NCBI RefSeq assembly: GCF_001194135.2
Contig: NC_068999.1
Span: forward strand, 17,648,266-17,683,152
Direction of reading: 5' to 3'
From: Octopus bimaculoides
Lineage: Eukaryota
Length of the DNA: 34,887 nucleotides
Shown: positions 1-12,089 of the stretch, piece after piece
Layout: each line of letters starts with the position of its first letter
Position numbering within the stretch: the stretch's first letter is position 1
The notes under the pieces: model-generated
What the model was told of the DNA's origin: nothing
Database searches by the model: none
What the model saw: only the letters and a program-made list of their open reading frames with translations
Made by a program: the position numbers and the translations under genes

Positions 1-35
<35 letters not shown>

Positions 36-112
36 ATGTGTGTGTGTGCGAGCACGCGCGCACGTCTGTGTATGTTTGTGTGTGTGTGCTGGGGGTATGT
101 GTGTACGAGCAT
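1..112. repeat. (TG)n microsatellite with CG interruptions
   Basis: Direct reading: long TG run, with GCACGCGCGCAC at about 50-62. Confidence 0.95.
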
Positions 113-409
113 GTATATGAGTGTAAGTGAATGGTAACGTATTTTATGAGCCCGTTTCCATGCACTCAAGTCGTTATTAATTTTCAAATGAAAATATTTA
201 GACTTGCGTTCGTAAATGCACTGGAATGCAAATACATACATCCACACAAAAAGATATCCGTATACATGCAAGCACAATCAGGTAATCCCACGCTAGCATT
301 TAAATTCTTATACATATATATGTTGTATGTGTGTTCGGGTCGTATCGATATATACAGTTATGGAGACTCACATACATGACTTCAATTTTCTGTGTCAAAG
401 ATTCGCTGA

Positions 410-452
410 TCACCGCACGCCATCAATTGTTCCAAGACTGGCGCCCTTAGCA
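410..452 (-). CDS. Candidate small terminal exon (phase-2 reading AKGASLGTIDGVR*), unassigned
   Basis: Pyrimidine-rich acceptor TTATTCTCTTTCAAG| on the minus strand. No homology recognised. Confidence 0.12.
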
Positions 453-1158
453 CTTGAAAGAGAATAATGCTTACGGTTGGTGGGAAGAAAAAAAAAACTC
501 TTCAGGGCGTTTGATCTTCTAAAGTAAACAATACGTTTTTAATTGGTTGCCAGTTCTTTGCAAAGGCCTTATTATGTGTGTGTTGAAATTACTATAAATT
601 AATAAGTTAAAGGATGTAGAAAGACGATTCAGCTTGTTAGGAATGAAACTTGAAAAGACGAGCTATTCAGTTTAAAATATTTAGAACCTAAGTGTTAAAA
701 GTTAGAAAATATAAACCTCTATAAGAAACCTCAAATCTTAAACGTCTACAACATTAGCAAAATTTAAACTGAAATTCAAAATAGGGTATTTGAGATTTCC
801 TAAAACTTGGACCATACTATTTCTGCGAAAGCTAAATACCTTAGATTCGTAGATCGGGGCGTTTTGGATGGGCGTTTCCAGTCAGGGCAAATACATTTAA
901 TCTAATTTAACACTATCAGTTTTTTAACATGAAGCAATTCCATACCCATATTGTGTAATAAACTTTGCAATTATCGGTACAGACAAATAGAAGTTCTGTT
1001 AGTTATTTCATAGAATGTGCGTAGTTTTCGAATTATGGCAAGTAATTGTTTGCAAATATCGAAGTTTAAGGTTATAACTGGTTATGTCATAAGCGCATTA
1101 CCGTTCGGTATTGTGAAATTTCCTCGAATTTGACGGTATCAGTTCCGTTATATCTTAC

Positions 1159-1190
1159 CCTATCGTCCCAGCGAGGCCGCGACGCCCGAG
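1159..1190 (-). CDS. Candidate 32-nt GC/CpG-rich micro-exon (LGRRGLAGTIG in one frame), unassigned
   Basis: Short GC-rich island with 6 CpG in AT-rich DNA, bounded by acceptor TCTCAG| and strong donor AGG|GTAAGA on the minus strand. Confidence 0.25.
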
Positions 1191-2574
1191 CTGAGACTAG
1201 TAATGATGAAACGTTGTATATGTTTATGTATTATGTGCACGTATTCATTTTGGCACTGTATTAATCATTCACCACTTATAAAGAGATAGAATAAAATTAT
1301 TGAACAAGTTAAACAAATTAGTCGCAAATGCAAAACATTGTATCGAATTGCAAAAAAATGTAAAACAGAATCAAGTCACGAGATAAATAGATAAGAAGCT
1401 GCATGACAGCAAGTATTAGAAATGTATGTTCCTTGAATTAATTTCCCTTAATGAAACTATGGAGCATATGAAGATGAATATTTACACAGATTATCTCCAG
1501 TGTGTAGATTACCTCACGCTGTAATTAAATGTTGAATTATTAGACACATCTCATGTCACCTGCTATAAATCTTTGTGTTTTTGAATACATCTATAAGTTT
1601 TCTATATAATTTAATGATTATTCTGATTTAAAGTAATACATTTTGCATGTAGATATTTATCAGCATTCATTGTAATGAAAATATATACCAGAAATATATT
1701 GTTTTTTTTAATTATTTGAACATATTCAGCCACATATAAAGCCTTGCACAGAGGAAAACATTATATATACACAATCTCTATCCGCAATAGAAACGTTTTC
1801 CAAGATGTTACGTTTTCAGATAATAGGCGTATAACGAAACTATAAATAATCTAAAATGATTCGCCTCCAGGACTTTTGCAAAGAGATTGTTGCTAACTTC
1901 ATACCAGAACTTAAAGTTTAACATTAGTATCAAAAGACATCAGTATAAAGTATAATCACAATGGAGCTATAGTGTTATATGAATTTTGCTTCAAGCCTTT
2001 CTTGAAGACAATGATTTTGTTTTTTCTTTCATACGCTGACTAGCTTTCCTGTTCTTCATTGATGAATACGTTTAAGCAATATATTGTTGTGAATGAATGT
2101 CAGTCCAATATAACGCTTTATTTTCATATATAGCCATATTTAATAAAGTTATTTTGTAATAACTAGAGTTTTGTTCACACATCATCACGGAACAGAAAAC
2201 AGCCTGATAAAATTAATTATGTCATTACCCTAACGCAATTTATCTTCTGCAATGACAGAACACGCACACTCCTTCTGTGCTTTAAGCCATGAAACGATAA
2301 ATTCTCATATGATATCAATAAATCAAGAAGTATTTGGAATCGTATACAATATCTATTCATGTTCGTTTTTTTCGTGGTTTCTTTTAACTGAATTATAGAA
2401 TAGCATGTCATTCATACGTAATTTTTCTATTCTTATTTGTATTCTTTGAAGATTAAATTAGTTTGTTTTAGCAACGGTTAATATAATTATACCTGTATGC
2501 CTAGTCACATTGCTGGTTTTAAAAGCAGATACAATACGGATAAAATATTGCTATCATGCATCGATAAACTCTTT

Positions 2575-2653
2575 CTGCTGCTCCTGTTGCTGCTACTGCT
2601 TCTACTACAACTACCGATTCTTCTTCTACTACTACTACTACTACTACAACAAC
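2575..2653. repeat. Compound (CTG)/(CTA)/(CAA) microsatellite
   Basis: Direct reading; explains the poly-L/poly-Y/poly-V ORFs at 2497-2716. Confidence 0.9.
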
Positions 2654-2654
2654 A

Positions 2655-2833
2655 AATGTTGGACTCCCCCATCGAACGACCTGCAGAAATGATTTGCTAT
2701 TAGTGATCAAATACATGAGCTGACTCCCTCCATCGAATCGACGTTGCCTGACCAGGTTCTAGGAGTACCACGCGTCGAGTGTCGAAGTAATCGCAGAGTA
2801 ACGTGAGATGAAGTGTTTTGCTCAAGAACACAG
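2655..2833 (-). mobile_element. SINE-like remnant (family C), head missing
   Basis: Minus strand begins TGTGTTCTTGAGCAAAACACTTCATCTCAC, resembling the post-B-box segment (TGTGTCCTTGGGCAAGGCACTT-like) of many metazoan tRNA-derived SINEs, and ends in a trinucleotide tail. Family recognition is from memory. Confidence 0.55.
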
Positions 2834-4910
2834 CATAACAATAACAATAATATTTTCCTGATTTGAGCGGAAAGTTACAACTTGCACCCGAAGGAAGTAC
2901 TCGATTCAATCGGCTCAGTTACTTCACTGCTATATAATCTTACCTATCACGAATGAATGTATGACAAAATTCACCAAGACAGGATTTCAACTGAAAACAC
3001 CTGAACGTATGTTCTCAGTTGATGATTTAACTTGCAAGTAACACTAGGGCCCACTTTTTTAACAAAACGTTTTTAAAATGAAGGTCTCTGTATATATCCC
3101 TTTATGCATCCAGCATAAGATCAAGATCATAGGGTATATCTACCTTTAACAAACGGTATCGTCTCATTCAAAGTGAATTTTAAGTTAATTTCAATAATAA
3201 AGAAAGGTATCAGAGCCACAGTCCGTAAAAAGCTGATTTAATCATCTCCAAACGTTGACTGTTATTTTATTTTATCATGTCTGCTAAAATTAAATCTAAA
3301 GTTGATGCAAGCAGGATCTAAACTCCGTTCTAAACTTAAATATTAAGACAGCTCATATTATTCCTGCATTTATTACTGAACAATATTTAGAAAAAAAAAA
3401 CTGTAAATGATTTAATATTTATTATCGAATCTCAAAGTCAGAACATGTATAGTTATAACTGATGCCGAAAGTCATAAATTTGGCTTTCTGGTGTGGCTTC
3501 GGAATGTTCTGACAACGTATTTAATAGTACAATGTTTATAATCATTGCCGCTGCCATCGGCATTCTTACATTGACATAAATAATTCTTACAGCGGTGTTT
3601 TGCAACTAGCCGAAGGTACACTGGTCAATGTATTCATTGATATGTTTTGTTTTAATACAATCATATTACTTATCATGTACGTATAATAGAACAATAGGAA
3701 CTGTAATAGAATTAGAATCATTAATTTTTAAATATTTCTTCTTTTGTGATGTAATTTGAAAGAAAACATAAAACGGAGATAAGATAACTAGCTATATTAT
3801 ATTATTATCATCAAGATATCAACGCACCGAAACTGAGTTCTAAAAACATAGTATTTTATGTTGCAATCTGCTTCAAATTCACCAACTTATTGTAACGGAA
3901 ACTATTTATTTCTAAATCAATATCTCTACACTAACAGTTTCCTTGTTTCAAGACAAATATTGTTATTATAATAGCTCAAAGATTATAAGAAAACCAATGA
4001 CCAGAAAGAAAAAAATATATATAATTTCTTTATATTTCTCTAATGAACCGAATCAAACTAAGAAGAGATCAAACAATTCTTTGTCGGTAAACACTAATCT
4101 AGTTTTATTTATAAATTTTATGAATACGATCTAAGATCACAGAACATTTTATATATTCTATTTGGCGAAGTGGAGAAAACCTCGGATATAACATCCGTAT
4201 AGATTATGGGATTTCTAAAATAATAAATATGAGAATAGTTCTATCTATATTACATGTGTGAGTGTATAATTGCTAAACATAAAGATATAAATAAAGTAAT
4301 GCGTTTGATATGCATTTGCTTCACAGCCGCCATATTCAGGGAAGTTTTAGAGTCAGTTTTCCAATTCAAAGAAAAATAGATTAGTTCTCTTTAAAATATA
4401 TTTGCTAAATAACGGGAAGAAGGTTTTTCACTATTTTTGTTAAATAAAAAGCATGACTGGACATAGCAGAAGGATGTCATTTCACCATTCAGTGTTTCGG
4501 CTTTCGGGAGATGGAGACAGTGAAGTGATCTAATTAATATAGCATAATGATCCGTCTAATTACATGATATCAGAAGGATATGACTGCTTAAAAGAATCTG
4601 ACGCAGCATTAGAGACGTTTCCTTACACTTCCGTCCATGATATCTACTTGTGAAAAAATAGGAGTGACCTTAAACCGAATAGATATGTCTGAAATACGTG
4701 TGTTTAAATTAATGCAGTCTGTTCGCTGTTTATGATCATTAATATTTCAGTCCATCGGTTGAAATAGCATAAACCTGTGAGAAAATGAAGAAGGTTAATA
4801 TAACAGAGAGAAACGTAGATCAGATATTTCAAAATCTCATACACAGACTGAAAGCTATTCATCATTAACTTATGAAACTATCGTAAATGATTTTAAATAG
4901 TGCTCTCAAC

Positions 4911-5180
<270 letters not shown>

Positions 5181-6232
5181 ATGAATGAATGAGAGATTAT
5201 ATATGGATTTTGTATAGCAAACTATAGACATGTAGAACAGTGGCAAGTTAACGTTTTGACAAAGTAAAACGAATAAAAAATACAATCAAAATACCACTGA
5301 ACATGGAGGTTTTGAAAAGCGACAGAAGAACACATAATTAGTTTTATGACATTAGCAAAGATTCTAGACAGATAAATCCATTACGTATAACGTACGCTTG
5401 TTCCATTTTCTGAAAATATGTGGAATCTCACGAAGCAATCGAAGAACTGTCATTGGACAAGAAGTATGGATAGAAAGGTATCAGAAATTCTTATGTTAAC
5501 ACTAACGTGTATTTGCATGGAGTAAATTGTATGCAGCCATTAAAACTTGAGTAAAATAAATTCAGACACACATACACGCATATACGCACATACATGGATA
5601 CCAAAAAACAAACACACACACTCACACGCACCCACACACACACGTATGGGTATATAAATTAATTTGCGGAGGTGTCATTAATTCTATTATTATCCAATGT
5701 ACCTATTTTAAGAATGATAATAACAGAATCAACGATACAGGCAACAGCAGGCCAAAAATAGCCGAGGGATTGAAATTAATCGAAGGACAATTTTCTATAN
5801 NNNNNNNNNNNNNNNNNNNNNNNNNNNNNNNNNNNNNNNNNNNNNNNNNNNNNNNNNNNNNNNNNNNNNNNNNNNNNNNNNNNNNNNNNNNNNNNNNNNN
5901 NNNNNNNNNNNNNNNNNNNNNNNNNNNNNNNNNNNNNNNNNNNNNNNNNNNNNNNNNNNNNNNNNNNNNNNNNNNNNNNNNNNNNNNNNNNNNNNNNNNN
6001 NNNNNNNNNNNNNNNNNNNNNNNNNNNNNNNNNNNNNNNNNNNNNNNNNNNNNNNNNNNNNNNNNNNNNNNNNNNNNNNNNNNNNNNNNNNNNNNNNNNN
6101 NNNNNNNNNNNNNNNNNNNNNNNNNNNNNNNNNNNNNNNNNNNNNNNNNNNNNNNNNNNNNNNNNNNNNNNNNNNNNNNNNNNNNNNNNNNNNNNNNNNN
6201 NNNNNNNNNNNNNNNNNNNNNNNNNNNNNNNN

Positions 6233-6265
<33 letters not shown>

Positions 6266-6548
6266 TGTTACGAGACAGACAAAGGCATCAGAAAGTAATT
6301 AGCATGGAAATAACAACAAACCCAATTTTAGATTCAACTATGTATTTAGTAAAGTTGAATGACATAAAGCAACCACATTGAAGAAAGCGCAAACCTGAAA
6401 CACAAGTCGTCACAAAACATCAGAATTCCAGTACAGAGTTGTAACAAATAGTTGAATGAACGTAACAGTTCTTAAAGACAGGTCGAGTTCCTTGGTTCAT
6501 TGTGAATACTCGAAAGTCAACGAAAAACAAAAGAGAGGTCATTCTTAC

Positions 6549-6603
6549 CTCCTTCCTCTTGTGTTGTTGTTTACTGTTTACGTAGTTGGTAGCATTAATG
6601 AAC
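6549..6603 (-). CDS. Candidate 55-nt internal exon (xFINATNYVNSKQQHKRKE), unassigned
   Basis: Acceptor TGTCTCTATCGCCCTTTAAAG| and strong donor GAG|GTAAGA; only one of the three frames is open. No homology recognised. Confidence 0.2.
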
Positions 6604-8078
6604 CTTTAAAGGGCGATAGAGACAGTGAAATGACTTCGAAAGGACAGAATGAAGCTAACGTTCTGCTTGTTGTTTCAGCAGACGTCTGATAATTCTGGAG
6701 AGGAGATAGGCATCAGTGAATTGTCTGTGTTCTTTCGTTTTAGCTGCGCAAATATCTAAACCGATGTAGTTGTAAATATTTAAACATTACGTGATTTAGA
6801 TTTACTATGTTACCTTTTGTTGAAACGAGTCATTTAAATGTAGAAGCCACTTTCTTAGCACAGGCAAAACGATAACAAAAATGTTATGCCGTTTAGGTAC
6901 GTGAAAGTGATCAAAACAATAGCTATCTTTCCGCAAAGTTTGCTTCGGATCCCGGAAAAAAAATCACCATCAAGCAACATTGCGTCAGCCAACCAAAATA
7001 TATTTCATTAGAAGTTTTCAAGCTAGAAGATTTTGATGGCTTACTTTCAGTAAGCTGATTACAATAGACCTACACTATATATGCTAAATGGATTATTTGG
7101 CAGTGGCGTTTGTGTATGTACACATGTATGTATGTATCCCTGGTAAATGTTTTAAACAACATTTATAAAAATAGCCCAACAATTACCGTCACACCTAAAC
7201 CAAATACCAATCAACTTAAGATGTTAATGGTGGTGGTGNNNNNNNNNNNNNNNNNNNNNNNNNNNNNNNNNNNNNNNNNNNNNNNNNNNNNNNNNNNNNN
7301 NNNNNNNNNNNNNNNNNNNNNNNNNNNNNNNNNNNNNNNNNNNNNNNNNNNNNNNNNNNNNNNNNNNNNNNNNNNNNNNNNNNNNNNNNNNNNNNNNNNN
7401 NNNNNNNNNNNNNNNNNNNNNNNNNNNNNNNNNNNNNNNNNNNNNNNNNNNNNNNNNNNNNNNNNNNNNNNNNNNNNNNNNNNNNNNNNNNNNNNNNNNN
7501 NNNNNNNNNNNNNNNNNNNNNNNNNNNNNNNNNNNNNNNNNNNNNNNNNNNNNNNNNNNNNNNNNNNNNNNNNNNNNNNNNNNNNNNNNNNNNNNNNNNN
7601 NNNNNNNNNNNNNNNNNNNNNNNNNNNNNNNNNNNNNNNNNNNNNNNNNNNNNNNNNNNNNNNNNNNNNNNNNNNNNNNNNNNNNNNNNNNNNNNNNNNN
7701 NNNNNNNNNNNNNNNNNNNNNNNNNNNNNNNNNNNNNNNNNNNNNNNNNNNNNNNNNNNNNNNNNNNNNNNNNNNNNNNNNNNNNNNNNNNNNNNNNNNN
7801 NNNNNNNNNNNNNNNNNNNNNNNNNNNNNNNNNNNNNNNNNNNNNNNNNNNNNNNNNNNNNNNNNNNNNNNNNNNNNNNNNNNNNNNNNNNNNNNNNNNN
7901 NNNNNNNNNNNNNNNNNNNNNNNNNNNNNNNNNNNNNNNNNNNNNNNNNNNNNNNNNNNNNNNNNNNNNNNNNNNNNNNNNNNNNNNNATATAATACAAA
8001 GAATATATATGCATGTATACACACATATATGTACATACTTACATCTACATGTGTGTATATATGCATATCAGCGTACAT

Positions 8079-8254
8079 GACGTTAGAACAATGAACTACA
8101 GACAACGGAACGAACACATAGGAAACCGGAAAGCCCCTTGGAATATTCCTTCATCAGCTGCCTTTATTCTAACCCGACGTTTCGAACATAAGGCAGAACG
8201 TACTCTAGAATAGTCTCTTCCTGAGTAGTGGATCAACCCACTAAACAGAGGATT
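8079..8254 (-). ncRNA. Two interleaved hammerhead-ribozyme-like motifs (type III-like), each with a core defect
   Basis: Unit 1: GUU, stem UAGUGG/CCACUA, CUCAGGA, then GAAACGUC. Unit 2: GUU, stem CUGCCUU/AAGGCAG, CUGAUGA, then (G)UUC-UAACGUC. Folded by hand only. Confidence 0.45.
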
Positions 8255-8544
8255 CCACGGTGGCAAACACAAACCAAGACAGGAAAAATTGGACAGTGAA
8301 AACAACATTAAAAAGCCGTACGGCCAAACGCGAATCTGATGTAGAACGCTAGTAGTTCGTCTTGCCTTCACAGCGGGTGGAGTGAAAAGAAAGTTGACCA
8401 CAGATCACACGAGAGCAGAGAGGATGGTGGAGGGAGGAAGTGGAACGAGGACCAAGAGACAGAAGTGTATAGCAGTGAAGTAGAGGCCATGACAACAGAA
8501 GGGAGCAGAGCGAGAGGTGGAGATGGGTAAGAAGAAAGTTAGAT

Positions 8545-8643
8545 AGGTAGATAGAGGGATAGATAGAAAGATAGAGGAAGACAGATAGATAAATAGATAG
8601 GCAGATAGATAGAAAAATAGATAGATAGATAGATAGAAAGATA
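8545..8643. repeat. Degenerate (GATA)n tract inside the 719-bp unit
   Basis: Direct reading. Confidence 0.9.
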
Positions 8644-9332
8644 GTGTCACGTCAGAATAATAAAGTACAGACTTACTTGCAAAAAAGGACGTGTGCGTTC
8701 AATAATGTAATAATACAAAGAATATATATGCATGTATACACACACATATATGTACATACTTACATCTACATGTGTGTATATATGCATATCAGGGTACAGG
8801 ACGTTAGAACAATGAACTACAGACAACGGAATGAACACATAGGAAAACGGAAAGCCCCTNNNNNNNNNNNNNNNNNNNNNNNNNNNNNNNNNNNNNNNNN
8901 NNNNNNNNNNNNNNNNNNNNNNNNNNNNNNNNNNNNNNNNNNNNNNNNNNNNNNNNNNNNNNNNNNNNNNNNNNNNNNNNNNNNNNNNNNNNNNNNNNNN
9001 NNNNNNNNNNNNNNNNNNNNNNNNNNNNNNNNNNNNNNNNNNNNNNNNNNNNNNNNNNNNNNNNNNNNNNNNNNNNNNNNNNNNNNNNNNNNNNNNNNNN
9101 NNNNNNNNNNNNNNNNNNNNNNNNNNNNNNNNNNNNNNNNNNNNNNNNNNNNNNNNNNNNNNNNNNNNNNNNNNNNNNNNNNNNNNNNNNNNNNNNNNNN
9201 NNNNNNNNNNNNNNNNNNNNNNNNNNNNNNNNNNNNNNNNNNNNNNNNNNNNNNNNNNCATACATATGTACATGGGTATACGAAGTCCCCCCTTACACAT
9301 ATCCCCAAGTGTCAATGAATAAGCAAATGGCT

Positions 9333-9360
9333 GTAGTAGTAGTAGTAGTAGTAGTAGTAG

Positions 9361-9390
<30 letters not shown>
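9333..9390. repeat. (GTA)n(GCA)n microsatellite
   Basis: Direct reading. Confidence 0.95.
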
Positions 9391-9391
<1 letters not shown>

Positions 9392-9848
9392 ATCTGGGTA
9401 CAGATGGCTACAGGAGGGAGAAGCCAGAGGAGCTACGCTTGTATAAGTTGCACAGGTTTTTTTTTTTTTCGTTGATAAGAAATATTTCAGCATTTGACAG
9501 CAACACAACGACACAGCAACTAGTTTTTCTCAGATATACGTCAATGTGAAGTAATCCACTGCAATATATGTATGTACTAATATATTATATGCAGGCTCAG
9601 GCCTGTGTTAGATCAGACGTATGTATATTAATATACATTATTATCCATTATTATTCACCAGGACATTGGTGAATAAAGCAGCAACAACATCTAGAAACAT
9701 TTTACAGGGCTGTGAATATATAAGATAAACTTGAAAAGACAGAGGAATAAGGAAAAATATCCAATATTTTTGAAGTGATACGAAAATGCAGGATTTTTCT
9801 AATATGAAAATAAACATTTATTCTCACACGTCTTATGGATAGTATATA

Positions 9849-10014
9849 GGGTGGCGAGCTGGCTAGATCGTTAGCAAGCCGGATAAAATGCTTAGAAGCA
9901 TTTCGTCCGTGTTTACGTTCTGAGTTTATATTCCGCCGAGTTCGATTTTGCCTTTAAGCCTTACGGTGTCGATAAAATGAGTATCAATTAAGCACAGGTG
10001 TCATTGTAATCGAC
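9849..10014 (+). mobile_element. tRNA-derived SINE, family A
   Basis: GGTGGCGAGCTGGCTAGATCGTTAGC...AAATGCTTAG...TTCTGAGTTTATATTCCGCCGAG...GATAAAATGAGTA...GTAATCGAC; A-box/B-box-like motifs; aligns by eye to six other copies in the window. Confidence 0.85.
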
Positions 10015-10039
10015 ATAAAACTAGTCTGAATATGAAACG

Positions 10040-10054
10040 TATACACACACACAA

Positions 10055-10111
<57 letters not shown>

Positions 10112-10570
10112 NNNNNNNNNNNNNNNNNNNNNNNNNNNNNNNNNNNNNNNNNNNNNNNNNNNNNNNNNNNNNNNNNNNNNNNNNNNNNNNNNNNNNNNNN
10201 NNNNNNNNNNNNNNNNNNNNNNNNNNNNNNNNNNNNNNNNNNNNNNNNNNNNNNNNNNNNNNNNNNNNNNNNNNNNNNNNNNNNNNNNNNNNNNNNNNNN
10301 NNNNNNNNNNNNNNNNNNNNNNNNNNNNNNNNNNNNNNNNNNNNNNNNNNNNNNNNNNNNNNNNNNNNNNNNNNNNNNNNNNNNNNNNNNNNNNNNNNNN
10401 NNNNNNNNNNNNNNNNNNNNNNNNNNNNNNNNNNNNNNNNNNNNNNNNNNNNNNNNNNNNNNNNNNNNNNNNNNNNNNNNNNNNNNNNNNNNNNNNNNNN
10501 NNNNNNNNNNNNNNNNNNNNNNNNNNNNNNNNNNNNNNNNNNNNNNNNNNNNNNNNNNNNNNNNNNNNNN

Positions 10571-10605
<35 letters not shown>
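10040..10605. repeat. (CA)n(TA)n microsatellite spanning a gap
   Basis: Direct reading. Confidence 0.9.
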
Positions 10606-10608
<3 letters not shown>

Positions 10609-11221
10609 GAGAAGGAGAGGGAGTGAAAGAGTGAGAGGGACATAAAAGGAATAAAGGGGGAAGACAAAGAGTGTGAGTACTTGTTGCCATTTCTGAATAG
10701 TTGTGCTTCTGTTCAAGATAGCTTCTTATCTGGATTTGTTAAAGTTAATGACGAACAAGTTCTAACATCGACAATATCGTCAGTAGTAGCAGGGTCTACA
10801 TTAGCATAATCATCATCATCATCATCACCATTTCTTTTTTAAACATTACTAGAGCATTTACTGTTAAACCAGGTTTATGCCCTAGTACATAATTCATAGC
10901 AAGTAATACATTCATCATATCTTGTGGGTAACGGTGCGATTTAAGAAATTTTGATTGCAATTTCTAAAAGTAGAAGGTCCATTTCTCATGCTTACTTTAG
11001 AAGTTCAAAATCGAACATATAAAGTACGCATATAAAGTACGCATGCATGTATGGCTGGGTTTTGGAATAACATCAGTAATGTTTCTCTGATCTTATAGCA
11101 GTAACCGATAAAAACCGTTCTCCGCTTTAATCTCACTCACATATATGAATATGTAAATGTGTGTTCGTGCGCGTGCTTACTTGTGTGTCTATGTGGGTCG
11201 TTACGCGTATAGGTATGTGTG

Positions 11222-11254
11222 TATGTGTATAAATATGTATATATGTATTTATGC

Positions 11255-11341
<87 letters not shown>

Positions 11342-11350
11342 TGTGTGTGT
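11222..11350. repeat. (TATG)/(TA)n(TG)n microsatellite
   Basis: Direct reading. Confidence 0.95.
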
Positions 11351-11422
11351 AATCCTGATATGCAATAGGGTTATTATCATTCCACTCTGATGTCAATAGA
11401 ATAGTATACATTTTTCCTCACA

Positions 11423-11669
11423 TCTTTTACTTATTCCAGTCATTAGACTTGGCCATGCTGGGGCTAAGCCTTCTAAAGTGTTGCGGAAGTACATAGTTGT
11501 CAAGTTTGGTACTCACTCTCTATCTCTCTCTCTCTCTCTCTCCTTGCCGAACCGTTATGTTATAAAACCTTAAACAAACTTGCACACGTTTTCAAACGGT
11601 GCTAGGGAACAAAAATACAACCAGACACACACACTAATACATGCATACATACACAAGCACACACACACA
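11423..11669 (-). mobile_element. SINE family B, degenerate 3' half
   Basis: CTTTTACTTATTCCAGTCATT..GGCCATGCTGG and TTGCCGAACCG match the 13782-14013 copy. Confidence 0.65.
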
Positions 11670-12089
11670 NNNNNNNNNNNNNNNNNNNNNNNNNNNNNNN
11701 NNNNNNNNNNNNNNNNNNNNNNNNNNNNNNNNNNNNNNNNNNNNNNNNNNNNNNNNNNNNNNNNNNNNNNNNNNNNNNNNNNNNNNNNNNNNNNNNNNNN
11801 NNNNNNNNNNNNNNNNNNNNNNNNNNNNNNNNNNNNNNNNNNNNNNNNNNNNNNNNNNNNNNNNNNNNNNNNNNNNNNNNNNNNNNNNNNNNATATATAT
11901 ATATATATATACACGCGAGCGCGCACACACACATACATACATATATAAAGTCAATGTAAGATAAAACTTCCAAGCATATTAAAACAATGTTGTCACGTTG
12001 AGTTTTATAACATATCATCGTCATTATAATTATTATTCATGACAGGCCTTATTCCTTGTAGAGTTTATGTGGGTAGTGCCTTACTTCAT

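Larger units (their letters stand above)
7991..8859 (-). mobile_element. ~719-bp-period direct repeat, Penelope-like terminal repeat or retrozyme-like
   Basis: 7991-8138 recurs at 8710-8859 with a handful of substitutions and a 2-nt indel; both ends run into gaps. Minus strand has CTCAGGAAGAG...TTCGAAACGTCGG...AATAAA and CTGATGAAGG, the motif style seen in Penelope pseudo-LTRs. No RT or GIY-YIG ORF is visible. Confidence 0.5.

Noticed and set aside
1141-1200. HDV-like ribozyme, prompted by GTCCCAGC and CCTCGCTGG
   Set aside because: I could not build P1, P1.1 and P2 with the required order on either strand.
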